A stretch of DNA of 64,000 bases from assembly GCA_965207135.1 (NCBI GenBank), contig OZ242272.1, forward strand, positions 2,682,275-2,746,274, given 5' to 3'. The notes under the pieces are model-generated. The model made no database searches and was not told the origin of the DNA. It saw only the letters and a program-made list of their open reading frames with translations. Positions 53,281 through 63,192 of this stretch are shown in pieces. Position 1 is the first letter of the stretch, and every line of letters begins with the position of its first letter. The position numbers were made by a program, and so were the translations under genes. The DNA is from Chloroflexota bacterium. GTDB lineage: Bacteria > Chloroflexota > UBA11872 > VXOZ01.

Positions 53281-53862
53281 TCACCTGTCGTCGCGCCGTC
53301 CGAAGTCCTCATGCACCTTGCTCTCGGTGGGTCTGTCCTGGTCCTGGTACTTGCTGCCCAAGCCGGGAGAACCGTAGGGCCGGTCAACCGGTGTCGTCAG
53401 CGTGAGAAAAGAGATCTGCCCGATGAACATGCCCGGATAGAGTGGGATAGGGAGCTTGGCGACATTGGAGAGCTCCAGGGTGATCGTGCCGGAAAAACCG
53501 GGATCGATGTAGCCCGCCGTCGAGTGGATGATGAGACCCAGACGCCCCAGCGAACTCTTGCCTTCCAACCGGCCCACCAGGTCATCCGGCAGCCCCACGC
53601 GCTCCAGCGTCGTTCCGAGCGCGAACTCGCCCGGATGGAGCACAAACGGTTCATCTTCGTTTACCTCGATGCTCTGTGTCAGATCAGGCTGGGGTTCACG
53701 CACGTCAATATGTGTATAGCGACTGTGCTGGAAGATGCGAAAGTGCCTACCCAGCCGCACGTCGACGCTGGACGGCTGCACATGCGCATCAAAAAACGGC
53801 TCAATGCGCAAGCGGCCGGCGGCTATCAATTCAGATATGGTGCGGTCGCTGAGTACTGACAT
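53281..53862 (-). CDS. dcd: dCTP deaminase
   Basis: 193 aa. SVDVRLG, GRLEGKSSLGRLGL, HSTAGYIDPGF. Confidence 0.9.
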   Translation of the reverse strand: MSVLSDRTISELIAAGRLRIEPFFDAHVQPSSVDVRLGRHFRIFQHSRYTHIDVREPQPDLTQSIEVNEDEPFVLHPGEFALGTTLERVGLPDDLVGRLEGKSSLGRLGLIIHSTAGYIDPGFSGTITLELSNVAKLPIPLYPGMFIGQISFLTLTTPVDRPYGSPGLGSKYQDQDRPTESKVHEDFGRRDDR

Positions 53863-54128
53863 AGCTAGGTCTCTGTAACAGTCGGCACGAGATCTCTCCG
53901 GCTCCCCTGCAAGTATAGAGGAGTAGGCTTCTGTGTGCGAAAGCTCACCTCAGGCGCCTCGTTTAGGCCCGTGGCGCTTCCAAAGACTAGAAGGTTCAGC
54001 CCGTCATGCATGCGGCTTGACCTCGCCAACATGCTAACGGCTGCTTGTTCGTGCTATCCTACCGTGTAAGTACCTTCCCAATTACCCATTAGCTACACGT
54101 ATTAAGTGACAGGAAAGGAAACGGTGGC

Positions 54129-55463
54129 ATGCAAGTAAAGTCGAAGCTGGCATTGCTGGGCGGTCCCAAGTCGGTGCAGAGCAATCCCGGAGACATTTTC
54201 ACCTGGCCTATCGTCACGCCGGAACATGAAGAAGCCGTCTTGGAAGTGTTGCGACGCGGCGGCATGTCCGGCACGGACGTGACCCGGCAGTTTGAAGCAG
54301 AGTACGCAGACTGGGTCGGGACGACATTTGCGCTCGGCGCCAATACGGGCACTGAGGCGCTGCGCGCCGCGATGTACGGCTGCGGCGTGGGCGTCGGCGA
54401 TGAGCTAATCTCTCCCAGCGTGACGTATTGGGCATCCTGCCTGCAGGCGCTTTCCTTGGGAGCCAGCGTTGTCTTTGCCGATATCGACCCTGACTCCCTC
54501 TGCATCGATCCCAACGACATCGAGCACCGCATCACCGATCGCACGAAGGCCATCGTGGCCGTCCATTACTGCGGCCATCCCGCCGACATGGATGCCATAT
54601 TGGAGATCGCGCGCAAGCATAACATCAAGGTAATTGAGGACGTGTCCCACGCGCAGGGCGGGCGCTACAAGGGGCAAACTGTAGGCGCAATCGGCGACGT
54701 TGGCGGCATGTCGCTCATGAGCGGCAAGTCATTTGCTACCGGTGAAGCGGGCATCATGACCACCAACGACCGCGAAATCTACGACCGAGCCTTGGCTTTC
54801 GGCCACTACGACATGTACTCAGAAGAGAACATCGAGACCGAGTACCTCAAACCCTGGGCCGGCCTGCCGCTCGGTGGGTACAAGTACCGCGTAAACCAGC
54901 TCAGTTCCGCCATGGGACGTGTGACTCTCAAGTACTACGACGGCTACATTGCGGAAATCCAGCAAGCGATGAACTACTTCTGGGACCTCCTGGAAGGCGT
55001 CCCCGGCCTTGCGCCGCATCGGCCTGACAAAGATTCCGGCAGCACCATGGGCGGCTGGTACGCGGCTCGCGGTCTCTACCGTCCGGAAGAGGTCGGCGGT
55101 CTCTCGATTTCCAGGTTTGCGCAGGCAGTTTCGGCCGAGGGCGCGCGCTGCGGGCCGGGCACCAATAAGCCCCTTCATCCGCATCCGCTCTTCCACGAGG
55201 CGGACGTCTACGGCCACGGCAAGCCCACCGCCATTGCCAACGCCAGCCGGGACGTGCGCCAACCTTTGGGCAGCCTGCCGGTGAGCGAAGGGATAAGCGC
55301 GCGGACCTACAGCATCCCGTGGTTCAAGAAGTTCAGTCCGCACATTATCGAAGAATATGCAGCCGCGTACCGCAAAGCTGCCGAGAGCTATGAAGAGCTG
55401 CTCGAAGACGACGAGGGTTCGCCGGAAGACATCGGCACCTGGCGGTTCTACTCTCCGGCGTAA
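54129..55463 (+). CDS. DegT/DnrJ/EryC1/StrS-family PLP-dependent aminotransferase
   Basis: 444 aa. VIEDVSHAQG. MSLMSGKSFATGEAGIM (PLP-lysine context). Confidence 0.8.
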   Translation: MQVKSKLALLGGPKSVQSNPGDIFTWPIVTPEHEEAVLEVLRRGGMSGTDVTRQFEAEYADWVGTTFALGANTGTEALRAAMYGCGVGVGDELISPSVTYWASCLQALSLGASVVFADIDPDSLCIDPNDIEHRITDRTKAIVAVHYCGHPADMDAILEIARKHNIKVIEDVSHAQGGRYKGQTVGAIGDVGGMSLMSGKSFATGEAGIMTTNDREIYDRALAFGHYDMYSEENIETEYLKPWAGLPLGGYKYRVNQLSSAMGRVTLKYYDGYIAEIQQAMNYFWDLLEGVPGLAPHRPDKDSGSTMGGWYAARGLYRPEEVGGLSISRFAQAVSAEGARCGPGTNKPLHPHPLFHEADVYGHGKPTAIANASRDVRQPLGSLPVSEGISARTYSIPWFKKFSPHIIEEYAAAYRKAAESYEELLEDDEGSPEDIGTWRFYSPA

Positions 55464-55587
55464 CGGTGTTGGGTCTCGGAAAAACGATGTCCGCCAGGTT
55501 GAACGCTGCTTGACGTACTTGCAGCCAACTCACCGCTGGGTGGCTGTCTCGCGAAGAGATGCCTCGCCAAGATAAATTGAATTGCAT

Positions 55588-55630
55588 CACGCGCCTGTCG
55601 TGCGAATGTGCGACAGGCGCGTGCTTTTGG
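55588..55630 (+). terminator. Intrinsic terminator downstream of the aminotransferase gene
   Basis: CACGCGCCTGTCG, a 10-nt loop, then CGACAGGCGCGTG, followed by CTTTTGG. Confidence 0.7.
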
Positions 55631-55677
55631 TCGCACCCATGCATTTGGTGGAGTAATAGTCTTAGGATCGCAAGCGC

Positions 55678-55703
55678 CGTAGCGCGGGGGATTCGTCCCC
55701 GCC
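55678..55703. repeat. Family B hairpin, solitary copy
   Basis: CGTAGCGCGGGGGATTCGTCCCCGCC. Same GTAGCGCGGGGG...CCCCGC core as at 22.85 and 26.6 kb. Confidence 0.6.
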
Positions 55704-55940
55704 TTTGTGAATCCACCGGGTGAAAAAGTCGCCGGCATTCTCCCGGCAGACGCTGCGCCACCTACGCTGCAAGATATCCGCTGGATTTCTTGTGCTGGCG
55801 CCAACCTAAGGCGCCTCAACAGAAAAATTCTGTGGGAGCGTCTGCACGCTCCTATCGCGCTGCGCTCTATCGGAAAACCACACCTTTGGCTTACACTGTG
55901 AGTAAGAGGGTGTTCCGGTACGTGGAGAGAGGTAGCAACT

Positions 55941-56162
55941 ATGGACCAACTGGGAATTGTCTTAATCGTTGGCGTGCTTGTCATTAGTGCCTGGATCCTC
56001 ATTCCCCGCATCTTTCCCCATCCGCAAATGGTCTGCACCCGGTGCGAGGGCACCGGCGCGGTAGATGAAAAGTGGCCGAACCCGGACGAACCGAGCGGCT
56101 GGCATGAGCTCAAGGGGCAATGCCCCAAGTGCGACGGCAAGGGCAAGGTGAAAGCGGCGTAA
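55941..56162 (+). CDS. Small single-pass membrane protein with a DnaJ-like CxxCxGxG zinc ribbon
   Basis: 73 aa. N-terminal TM helix LGIVLIVGVLVISAWILIPRIF, then CTRCEGTG...CPKCDGKG. Confidence 0.55.
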   Translation: MDQLGIVLIVGVLVISAWILIPRIFPHPQMVCTRCEGTGAVDEKWPNPDEPSGWHELKGQCPKCDGKGKVKAA

Positions 56163-56287
56163 CGGCGGCGAACCGGGTTGGGGAAGCCGTCCGGCAGTGT
56201 GCGCCTCTTCTTTGCGGAGAATCTAAGAGGACGACCCGCCATCGTCCCTAGGCTATAACCGGCTCGCCCAGGTTAGAGAGGCCAAGT

Positions 56288-57244
56288 TTGCTCCTTATAC
56301 CCATCGACGCCGCGCCTGAAGAGGAGCGAAAACGGCAGCCGTTCGTCACCATCGCGCTGGTGGCGATCAATCTCGGCATGTTTGTGGCGGCGCACAGCCT
56401 GGGGTGGAGCGCGCAAGAGTACGGCCTGAAGCCTGCCGGGCTTTGGTCCGGCGAGATCGTCCAACTCCGCAATCTGCTGCTCTCAGCCTTCCTCCACTTC
56501 GGTGTGCTCCACCTAGCCGGCAACATGCTCTTTCTCTGGGTCTTTGGCGCCAACGTTGAAGACGAGATGGGGCACGTGGGATTTGCCGCCTTCTTCGTCG
56601 CATGCGGCCTCGGCGCGGGCATCATCGAGACTGCGATTTTCGCCAGCGATACGATTCCACGCATCGGCGCCAGCGGGGCGATTGCCGGCGTGCTCGGCGC
56701 TTACCTGGTGCTCTTCCCGCTCTCGCCTATTGGCATCATGCCCATCCACCTTCTCGGCTTCTGGATGATAGGCCGCCTCATCGGAGAGGCAGAGCAGCGT
56801 CCGCCGGCGTTCGACGTATCGGCCCTGATTGTCATTGGCGTCTGGCTGGTACTACAGATTGTTGGATCGATAGGTTCGGCGTCGGGGCAAGGCGGCGGCA
56901 TCGCGTACACCGCCCACCTCGGCGGGTTTGCCGTCGGCTTTGTGATAGTCCAAGCGCTGCGGCGGGGGTTTGGCTTTGCGCCCGATGCAGTACAGAGCGA
57001 TCTCAATGCGCCTAGGCAGGAAGGCGGACAGGTAGTAGTGGCAAAGCGACCGCTGCCAGCCGGCTATACGCTTACACCGGACGACGTGGAACCCTACATT
57101 TGGCGCCACGCTTTGCCTGAGGGTCACTTCAAACCGGATCAGATAGACTGCCTCAGCGGCAAACGCCTGCGGCGCACGCGCTATCGTTACCAAGCCATCC
57201 TTGCGGAAGACTTAGAGGAAGAGGATCCCTGCAGGAAAGAGTGA
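56288..57244 (+). CDS. Rhomboid-family intramembrane serine protease with a C-terminal SAF-like domain
   Basis: TTG start after GAGAGG. Rhomboid motifs FLHFGVLHLAGNMLFLWVFG, GASGAIAGVLGAY (catalytic Ser) and AHLGGFAVG (catalytic His). The C-terminal VVVAKRPLPAGYTLTPDDV...GKRLRRTRYRYQAILAEDL resembles SAF/CpaB N-domains. Confidence 0.8.
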   Translation: MLLIPIDAAPEEERKRQPFVTIALVAINLGMFVAAHSLGWSAQEYGLKPAGLWSGEIVQLRNLLLSAFLHFGVLHLAGNMLFLWVFGANVEDEMGHVGFAAFFVACGLGAGIIETAIFASDTIPRIGASGAIAGVLGAYLVLFPLSPIGIMPIHLLGFWMIGRLIGEAEQRPPAFDVSALIVIGVWLVLQIVGSIGSASGQGGGIAYTAHLGGFAVGFVIVQALRRGFGFAPDAVQSDLNAPRQEGGQVVVAKRPLPAGYTLTPDDVEPYIWRHALPEGHFKPDQIDCLSGKRLRRTRYRYQAILAEDLEEEDPCRKE

Positions 57245-57362
57245 GCGCAAATCGCCTCAACGCTCCACGCATCTCCGGAGGGTGTGGCGCTACGCTACGA
57301 AAATTCCGTTCGTGCGACACCGCAACAAGCTTGATGCGCGTTCACTCTCAAAGCCCCCATTG

Positions 57363-57986
57363 CTACATCTTCTGCAGGATATTCGCCTTGAGAGTCTCGT
57401 ACTCAGCCTCAGAAATCAGCTCCTTGTCGAACATTTCTTTGGCTTTTGCCAGCTTTTCTACCGGGTCTTCGGCCGCATGCGCAGGTCCAACATCACCGCC
57501 TTCCGGCATCGTAATCTGGGTACCGCCTGCCTTGGCGCGCTCCTCTTCCATCTTGCGGACACGCCGGCGCTCCCGCCATTCCTGTTCCTTCTGTTGGCAA
57601 ATGGTATAGAGCGTCCGCGCCTGGTCCTTTACGAGGCTGCTAGTCTGATACGATTCCCCGTTAGTCAGCGTACACTCGAGAGAGGAAGACAGCATGTTCT
57701 GATTTATCTTCACATTTGCCACGTCTTCCCAGAGAAAGTCATGGAAATCGAATCCCCTAAACCGGTGCCGCTGAAATATGATCATGCGATTGTTAGTAGC
57801 CGCCACTGCGTCATACTTCTGGCCCAGTACGGTCCAAGCCTGGTAGGCAATGTACGAGATGCTCTCATTGGCTGTGAGGACGGAACTAACCTCTTCGGCA
57901 ATCGAACGCAGGACGTCTAATTTCTGGGTTTCGTCAATTCGCTCTATGGCAAGCTCTTGGCGAACACTTTCGCTGGTGTCTGCCAT
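57363..57986 (-). CDS. PH-domain (bacterial YokE-like) protein with C-terminal SHOCT domain
   Basis: Start placed at MADTSES after GGAGGAGG. The C-terminal AKEMFDKELISEAEYETLKANIL is a SHOCT signature. Confidence 0.55.
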   Translation of the reverse strand: MADTSESVRQELAIERIDETQKLDVLRSIAEEVSSVLTANESISYIAYQAWTVLGQKYDAVAATNNRMIIFQRHRFRGFDFHDFLWEDVANVKINQNMLSSSLECTLTNGESYQTSSLVKDQARTLYTICQQKEQEWRERRRVRKMEEERAKAGGTQITMPEGGDVGPAHAAEDPVEKLAKAKEMFDKELISEAEYETLKANILQKM

Positions 57987-58020
57987 GACAGTTTCTCCTC
58001 CTCCGGAGCATGCGGGGGCT

Positions 58021-58473
58021 CTACTTTGGCGGCAACCTGACAATCGCGAACCAAAAGTCTTCCAGAGACTGCACCACAGTCGAGAACTGCTCCAAGCCGA
58101 CCGGCTTAGTTATGTAACAGTTTGCGTGCAGCTCATAGCTCTTCAGGATGTCTTCATCCTGTGACGACGTCGTGAGCACCGCCACCGGAATTGTCTTGAG
58201 ATCCGGATCCTCCTTTATGTCTGCGAGCACTTCGCGGCCGTCTTTGCGGGGCATATTTAAGTCGAGCAAGATGAGATCCGGGCGGGGCACACCATGATAT
58301 TGTCCCTCTTTTCGCAAGAACGCTAGCGCCTCTACCCCATCGCTTACCACGTGTAAGTTTGTCCGAATCTTGCTGCCGAGAAGTGTTTCCTGGGTGAGGA
58401 GCACGTCGCCTGGGTCATCCTCAACCAACAAGACATCAACCGGCTTCGCCGTGGGTTGTACCTGCATTTGCAA
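58021..58473 (-). CDS. Single-domain response regulator (receiver only)
   Basis: [22 protein letters not shown] (phospho-acceptor Asp context), VLTTS, KP. Confidence 0.9.
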   Translation of the reverse strand: MQMQVQPTAKPVDVLLVEDDPGDVLLTQETLLGSKIRTNLHVVSDGVEALAFLRKEGQYHGVPRPDLILLDLNMPRKDGREVLADIKEDPDLKTIPVAVLTTSSQDEDILKSYELHANCYITKPVGLEQFSTVVQSLEDFWFAIVRLPPK

Positions 58474-59760
58474 TTACTCCGGAACTTGGGGAAGGGTGAA
58501 GCGGAAGGTTGCGCCGGCGCCTTCCGCAGATTCTACCCAGATGCGGCCGCCGTGTCGCTCGACGATCTTCTTGCACACCGCCAGACCAATGCCGGTGCCC
58601 CCGTATTCCTCACGAGTGTGCAGCCGCTGAAAGATAACAAAGATGCGCTCGGCGTATTCCGGGGCGATGCCGATGCCGTTGTCTCGCACGGAGAAGACCC
58701 ACTCGTCGCGCTCTTTGGCCGCGGCGAGGTGGACTTGCGGCGGCGCCTCGCCGCGATACTTGATGGCGTTGCCGATGAGGTTTTGCAGCAAGCGCACAAG
58801 CTGTGGCGCATCTCCAAAGACGGCAGGCAGCGCGTCGCAAGAGACCTGTGCCTCGCACTCTGCAATCGCCACGTCAAGATTTGCCTGGGCCTCCTGCATA
58901 ACATCATCCATGTTTGCAGGCGCGAATTCTTGGCCTCGCGTCGTTACCCGCGAATAGAGCAGGAGATCGTTTACCAGCGCCTGCATCCGCATGGCGCCAT
59001 CCACAATGTAGTGAAGGTAGGTGCTTGCGCGATCGTCCAACTGGCTGGCGTACCGCGACTCGAGCAAATTGCAAAAGCTCGCGATCTTGCGCAGCGGTTC
59101 CTGAAGGTCGTGCGAGGCGACGTAGGCGAATTGCTCAAGCTCTTGATTAGACCGGCGCAGTTCCGCTGCGGTCTTTTCAAGTTCGCCCTGGGCGGCTTCC
59201 AGCTTCTCGTAGGCGAAGGAATTGGCGATGGTACCGGCGATCTGGGCGCCAATCCGTTCGGCCTGTGCCAACTGGCTTTCATCGTACGCATACGGCTGCA
59301 GCGAACGGATATTCAGGGCGCCGACGAATACGCTGCGCGCGATGAGGGGCACGGCAATCCGGGTCTGAAAATCGCCGCCCAGGTCGCGGGCGGGCTGCTG
59401 CCCGGCCTCTTCCTCCTCGGCCGGCGTCTTAAATAAAATCCCGCGGCGTTCACTTTCCAAAATATCACTAATACCGCCGGGCACAATTTCGTGCACGACA
59501 CCCCGTTCCCAGCCTGGAATCTCGCCGCCCACCGCATACACCGCCTGCACCGTATGGGCTTCCATATCGACAGCCGAGATTGAGAGACGGTCAAACGGAA
59601 TGAGCAACGACACCTGGTGGGCAAACTGCTCGTAAATTTCGTCGATATTGAGGGTGGAGCTGATAATGCGGCTGATCTCCGCCAAAACTGCAAATTCGGC
59701 GACTTGCTGCTCGGGCGAAGGCGGCCGCGGCACGCGGACCTGTTCCGTGGCATCACTCAT
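58474..59760 (-). CDS. GAF-domain sensor histidine kinase
   Basis: Start placed at MSDATEQ. GAF-like N-half. H-box ASHDLQEPLRKI. N/G boxes NAIKY, DNGIGI and GTGIGLAV. The stop abuts the response-regulator start. Confidence 0.9.
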   Translation of the reverse strand: MSDATEQVRVPRPPSPEQQVAEFAVLAEISRIISSTLNIDEIYEQFAHQVSLLIPFDRLSISAVDMEAHTVQAVYAVGGEIPGWERGVVHEIVPGGISDILESERRGILFKTPAEEEEAGQQPARDLGGDFQTRIAVPLIARSVFVGALNIRSLQPYAYDESQLAQAERIGAQIAGTIANSFAYEKLEAAQGELEKTAAELRRSNQELEQFAYVASHDLQEPLRKIASFCNLLESRYASQLDDRASTYLHYIVDGAMRMQALVNDLLLYSRVTTRGQEFAPANMDDVMQEAQANLDVAIAECEAQVSCDALPAVFGDAPQLVRLLQNLIGNAIKYRGEAPPQVHLAAAKERDEWVFSVRDNGIGIAPEYAERIFVIFQRLHTREEYGGTGIGLAVCKKIVERHGGRIWVESAEGAGATFRFTLPQVPE

Positions 59761-59923
59761 CTGCTGCTCCCAGCGGCGTTCGCGTTTCTCGCATCGATTG
59801 AAGCGGTGCAGTGAACCCTCAATACACCCCACAGGCACACTTGCAGCGCGAATATGCTAGAGTGGAACATACATTTACGTGGCAAGTTTACCACACCAAT
59901 CGATCAGGGGAGCCTACGACGGT

Positions 59924-60325
59924 ATGGACACAAATATCTTCGAAATCCTCCTCGTGGAAGACGATAGCGGCGACGCCGAATTGCTCTACGAGTTGCTTGA
60001 ACAGGTTCCAAACATGCAGTTCGACGTGACGCACGTGACACGACTGGCGGAAGCAAGTGAGCAAACGAAGATTGAGCCCTACGACATCATCCTGCTCGAC
60101 CTGGCTTTGCCCGACAGCCAGGGCATGGATACCATTCGCTCAATGGTCGACGCCGCCCCCACTATCCCCATAGTGGTACTCACAGGCAACAACGATGAAG
60201 AGACCGGTCTCGCGGCGCTCAGAAACGGCGCGCAAGACTACCTCGTGAAGGGGCAGGTGGACAGCGGCGCGGTCACACGCGCCATGCGCTTCGCGATCCA
60301 GCGGCACAACGAGCCGCAAGCCTAA
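59924..60325 (+). CDS. Single-domain response regulator (receiver only)
   Basis: ILLVEDDSGD, ILLDLALPDSQG, VLTG, KG. An alternative GTG start lies at 59879. Confidence 0.85.
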   Translation: MDTNIFEILLVEDDSGDAELLYELLEQVPNMQFDVTHVTRLAEASEQTKIEPYDIILLDLALPDSQGMDTIRSMVDAAPTIPIVVLTGNNDEETGLAALRNGAQDYLVKGQVDSGAVTRAMRFAIQRHNEPQA

Positions 60326-60394
60326 CGAGGCCGGCGAGTCGAGCAATAGACCGCCAGGGTCTAGCCGGAGGGCGGCATTCGTCGCTACCGCAAC

Positions 60395-61021
60395 TTAGAG
60401 TTGCTTCTCTTCCATGACTTTCACGACGATCCGCACGGCCGTGTCACTGTCGGTGCGCGCCGAATTTATGACTATGTCATAGAGTGTCGGATCATCCCAG
60501 TCCACATTGAACATGCGGCGAATGTAACTGCGGCGTTCGGAATCGGTGCGCTGCACTTCTGCCTCAGCATCGCCGAGGTTCATGCCAATAGTCCTGGCCT
60601 GATAACGGGCACGATGCTCCACCGGAGCAACTAGGCGCAGCTTGAGAACGCCGCGCATGTCACCGAGGATGATGCCGGCGCCGCGTCCGACGATGATGGC
60701 GTCATCGCGCCGGGCAATCTCGCGGACCACCGAGCGCAACGCGGTACGGACGATTTCAGGCCGCACGCCACCCTCTTCTCGGCGTATCGAAGGCTGACGC
60801 CGCACACTTCCTCCCGTGATTCTGGCTAGAACACTCTGAATTGCGGTGGGCTCTAACCGTTCGTCATAGGCCCGCACCACCCCGGTGTGCACTTCCAACT
60901 CCGCGGCAACTTGCTGGATGAGCCTATCATCATAGAGGGGATAACCGAGCGTGTAGGTTAGCTTGTCCGTGAATTCGACTTCACTGGTGCCAAGTTGCCG
61001 TGAGATGGTGATAATCGCCAT
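60395..61021 (-). CDS. Cytidylate-kinase-like family protein (degenerate P-loop)
   Basis: MAIITISRQLG...YPLYDDRLI resembles the cytidylate-kinase-like family. The glycine-rich loop is not canonical. Confidence 0.5.
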   Translation of the reverse strand: MAIITISRQLGTSEVEFTDKLTYTLGYPLYDDRLIQQVAAELEVHTGVVRAYDERLEPTAIQSVLARITGGSVRRQPSIRREEGGVRPEIVRTALRSVVREIARRDDAIIVGRGAGIILGDMRGVLKLRLVAPVEHRARYQARTIGMNLGDAEAEVQRTDSERRSYIRRMFNVDWDDPTLYDIVINSARTDSDTAVRIVVKVMEEKQL

Positions 61022-61030
61022 ACAAACCTC

Positions 61031-61840
61031 CTAAGCTACCGCGTACCCCACTGCGGCGAGCGTGTCTTCCAAGAAGTGTCGCGCGCGCACGGCCTGATGA
61101 TTGACTTCGTCCAGGGTCTCGCCGCTCAGGCACTCCACGACGCACGGGCCGGCAAATCCCGCGTCCTTGAGCGCAGTGAATACGGCGGCAAAGTCTACCA
61201 AACCGTCGCCCGGCGTGACCATTACATCGCCCTTCTGGCCGCCCACCTCATCCTTGATGCACATTCCGCCTACGATTGGCGCAATCTCGTGAATGTGTGC
61301 CATTGGATCTTCACCAGCGTAGTAGAGCAGATTGCCCGCGTCGTAGCAGATCTTGAAATTCTGGTGATTGACCTTCTTCCAGGAATCGATAGTTTCCCGG
61401 GTCGTATTGCTCAGGCCGCCGTGAGGCTTGAGCATGAGCGTGATACCTTTGTGCAACGCATACTCGGAACACTCGCGCATTATGGCGTAATAGGTGTCAT
61501 ACTGGGCGGGGTCGGATGCGCCGCCGGTCATCACGTGGTGGAAGCCAAGCTGTTCCACATGGTCGAGTTCACGATTGAGCGCAGCCACACCCTCTTCCAC
61601 ACTGGTCAGCGGGTACGTTGCCATCATGATGGCGAACTTGAGACCGGCGCCCTTCACCGTCTGCTCAATCGCCGCCACCTCTTCAGGGGTCGAGTCGTAG
61701 TCGATAAGCCGTGTCGGCCCCATGCTCATCGGGCCAAAGTACTTGAACCCGGCTGCCCGCATCCCTGCGGCGGCGGCTTCGACACCAAATTCTCGCCACG
61801 GGCGGGTGAAACAACCAAGTTTTATTTCCATGACAGGCAA
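61031..61840 (-). CDS. Sugar phosphate isomerase/epimerase (xylose-isomerase-like TIM barrel)
   Basis: 269 aa. AP_endonuc_2-like pattern (LMLKPHGG, CYDAGN, MCIKD, VECLSGE). Confidence 0.7.
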   Translation of the reverse strand: MPVMEIKLGCFTRPWREFGVEAAAAGMRAAGFKYFGPMSMGPTRLIDYDSTPEEVAAIEQTVKGAGLKFAIMMATYPLTSVEEGVAALNRELDHVEQLGFHHVMTGGASDPAQYDTYYAIMRECSEYALHKGITLMLKPHGGLSNTTRETIDSWKKVNHQNFKICYDAGNLLYYAGEDPMAHIHEIAPIVGGMCIKDEVGGQKGDVMVTPGDGLVDFAAVFTALKDAGFAGPCVVECLSGETLDEVNHQAVRARHFLEDTLAAVGYAVA

Positions 61841-61889
61841 TTCTCCTCACTACGCTCGCTACGTTCCGCCAACACTCTGTGCAATTTCT

Positions 61890-63059
61890 TTACGACTCCG
61901 CCGGCATCGAACCGGCCGGCCGCGCCGCGCTGGGCCGGAAATCGGGTACTGAAAGCAGTTTTGAATCCTGCGCGATTGACTCTGCAGCCAGAATGGCCGG
62001 CGCAGCAGTATCCATGGCGCGGTAAACGTCAAACTCCAGCGGCCTCGTGCCCCTGACCGCATCGCGAAAGGCCGCGTGCACGTAATAGTCCGCATCACCG
62101 TGACCGCTGCCCCGGGCTTCTGGCGGTGCATCCGTACGCTGGAATTGCCAATCCACCTCAGCCATATCGTGCATCTGCGCGCTGGCAAGCCACATCTTGG
62201 GACGCTCACGGGCCGAACGGCGCCACTCCACAGAACCGCGCGTGCCCATGATTTGGTACCAGTGGTAGTCGCGCGGCGGCTGCGGCTGGGCAAAACTCGC
62301 TGCCAACCGCAGGATGGCATCCTTTTCGGTCTTCATCAGACTAACCTGCATGTCGGGTTGGGGAATCTCCGGGTGCGCCGAGCTCGGGCCCTGCGTGCTC
62401 ATGCCGGTCACCGACACCACCCGGTCGTCGAGCACGTAGAGCAGCGGACTGAGCTCATGGGGCAGATAGTGGATGGACGGCATCAGCGCGCTCCAGGTAG
62501 GCTCAGCCTCCGGGTGCCCTGCTAATTCAGTGGGGCCGTAGAACGTGCCTGTCGCCTTCTCCCAAAAGAACTGGGAGACGTAGTAGTGAAAGTACTGTCC
62601 TTCTACAAACGTCACGCGACCGAGTTGCCCCTCGGCAACCATATCGTGCCAAGCCTGCATCACTCCCAAGTAGCGGGTCTGCTCGGCCAACTGGTAGACC
62701 TTGCCGGTGCGTTCCGCGGCAACGACAATGCGCCAGCAGTCGTCGATGAAGTGCGCTGCGGGCACCTCCTGATTGACGTGCTTCCCTGCCTCCAGCGCCT
62801 GCGCCGCCAGTGCTCCCTGGCGCGGACTGCGCACGGTTAAGGCAACAGCCTCCACATTTGAGTCGGTAAGAAAGTCCTCGTACGACGCATAGATGGCGAC
62901 ACCGTCGCTATCATCAAGAGCGGCAAGCGCGCGCTCATGCGTGGCAGTTATTGGATCGCAGAGCGCGACAATGCGGTAGCCCGGCACGCTCTGCAGCAAG
63001 CGCATCCAGTGAATACCGCGGCCTCCCAGTCCTGCCACGCCTATGCGAATATCAGCCAT
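61890..63059 (-). CDS. Gfo/Idh/MocA-family NAD(P)-dependent oxidoreductase
   Basis: Start placed at MADIRIGVAGLGGRG (Rossmann GxGxxG). EKP-like motif region NQEVPAAH. Confidence 0.8.
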   Translation of the reverse strand: MADIRIGVAGLGGRGIHWMRLLQSVPGYRIVALCDPITATHERALAALDDSDGVAIYASYEDFLTDSNVEAVALTVRSPRQGALAAQALEAGKHVNQEVPAAHFIDDCWRIVVAAERTGKVYQLAEQTRYLGVMQAWHDMVAEGQLGRVTFVEGQYFHYYVSQFFWEKATGTFYGPTELAGHPEAEPTWSALMPSIHYLPHELSPLLYVLDDRVVSVTGMSTQGPSSAHPEIPQPDMQVSLMKTEKDAILRLAASFAQPQPPRDYHWYQIMGTRGSVEWRRSARERPKMWLASAQMHDMAEVDWQFQRTDAPPEARGSGHGDADYYVHAAFRDAVRGTRPLEFDVYRAMDTAAPAILAAESIAQDSKLLSVPDFRPSAARPAGSMPAES

Positions 63060-63192
63060 TATCTCGTCCTTTTCCAACGATGGTCTTGCATTTGCATTGT
63101 CTTCCTCAGCACACCAAGCCAAATACGCTTTACCTCAGCGCCGCCCGCCGCACGAGCGACGCGGCGTCACCGCGTATAAACTGGGCGGGAGC

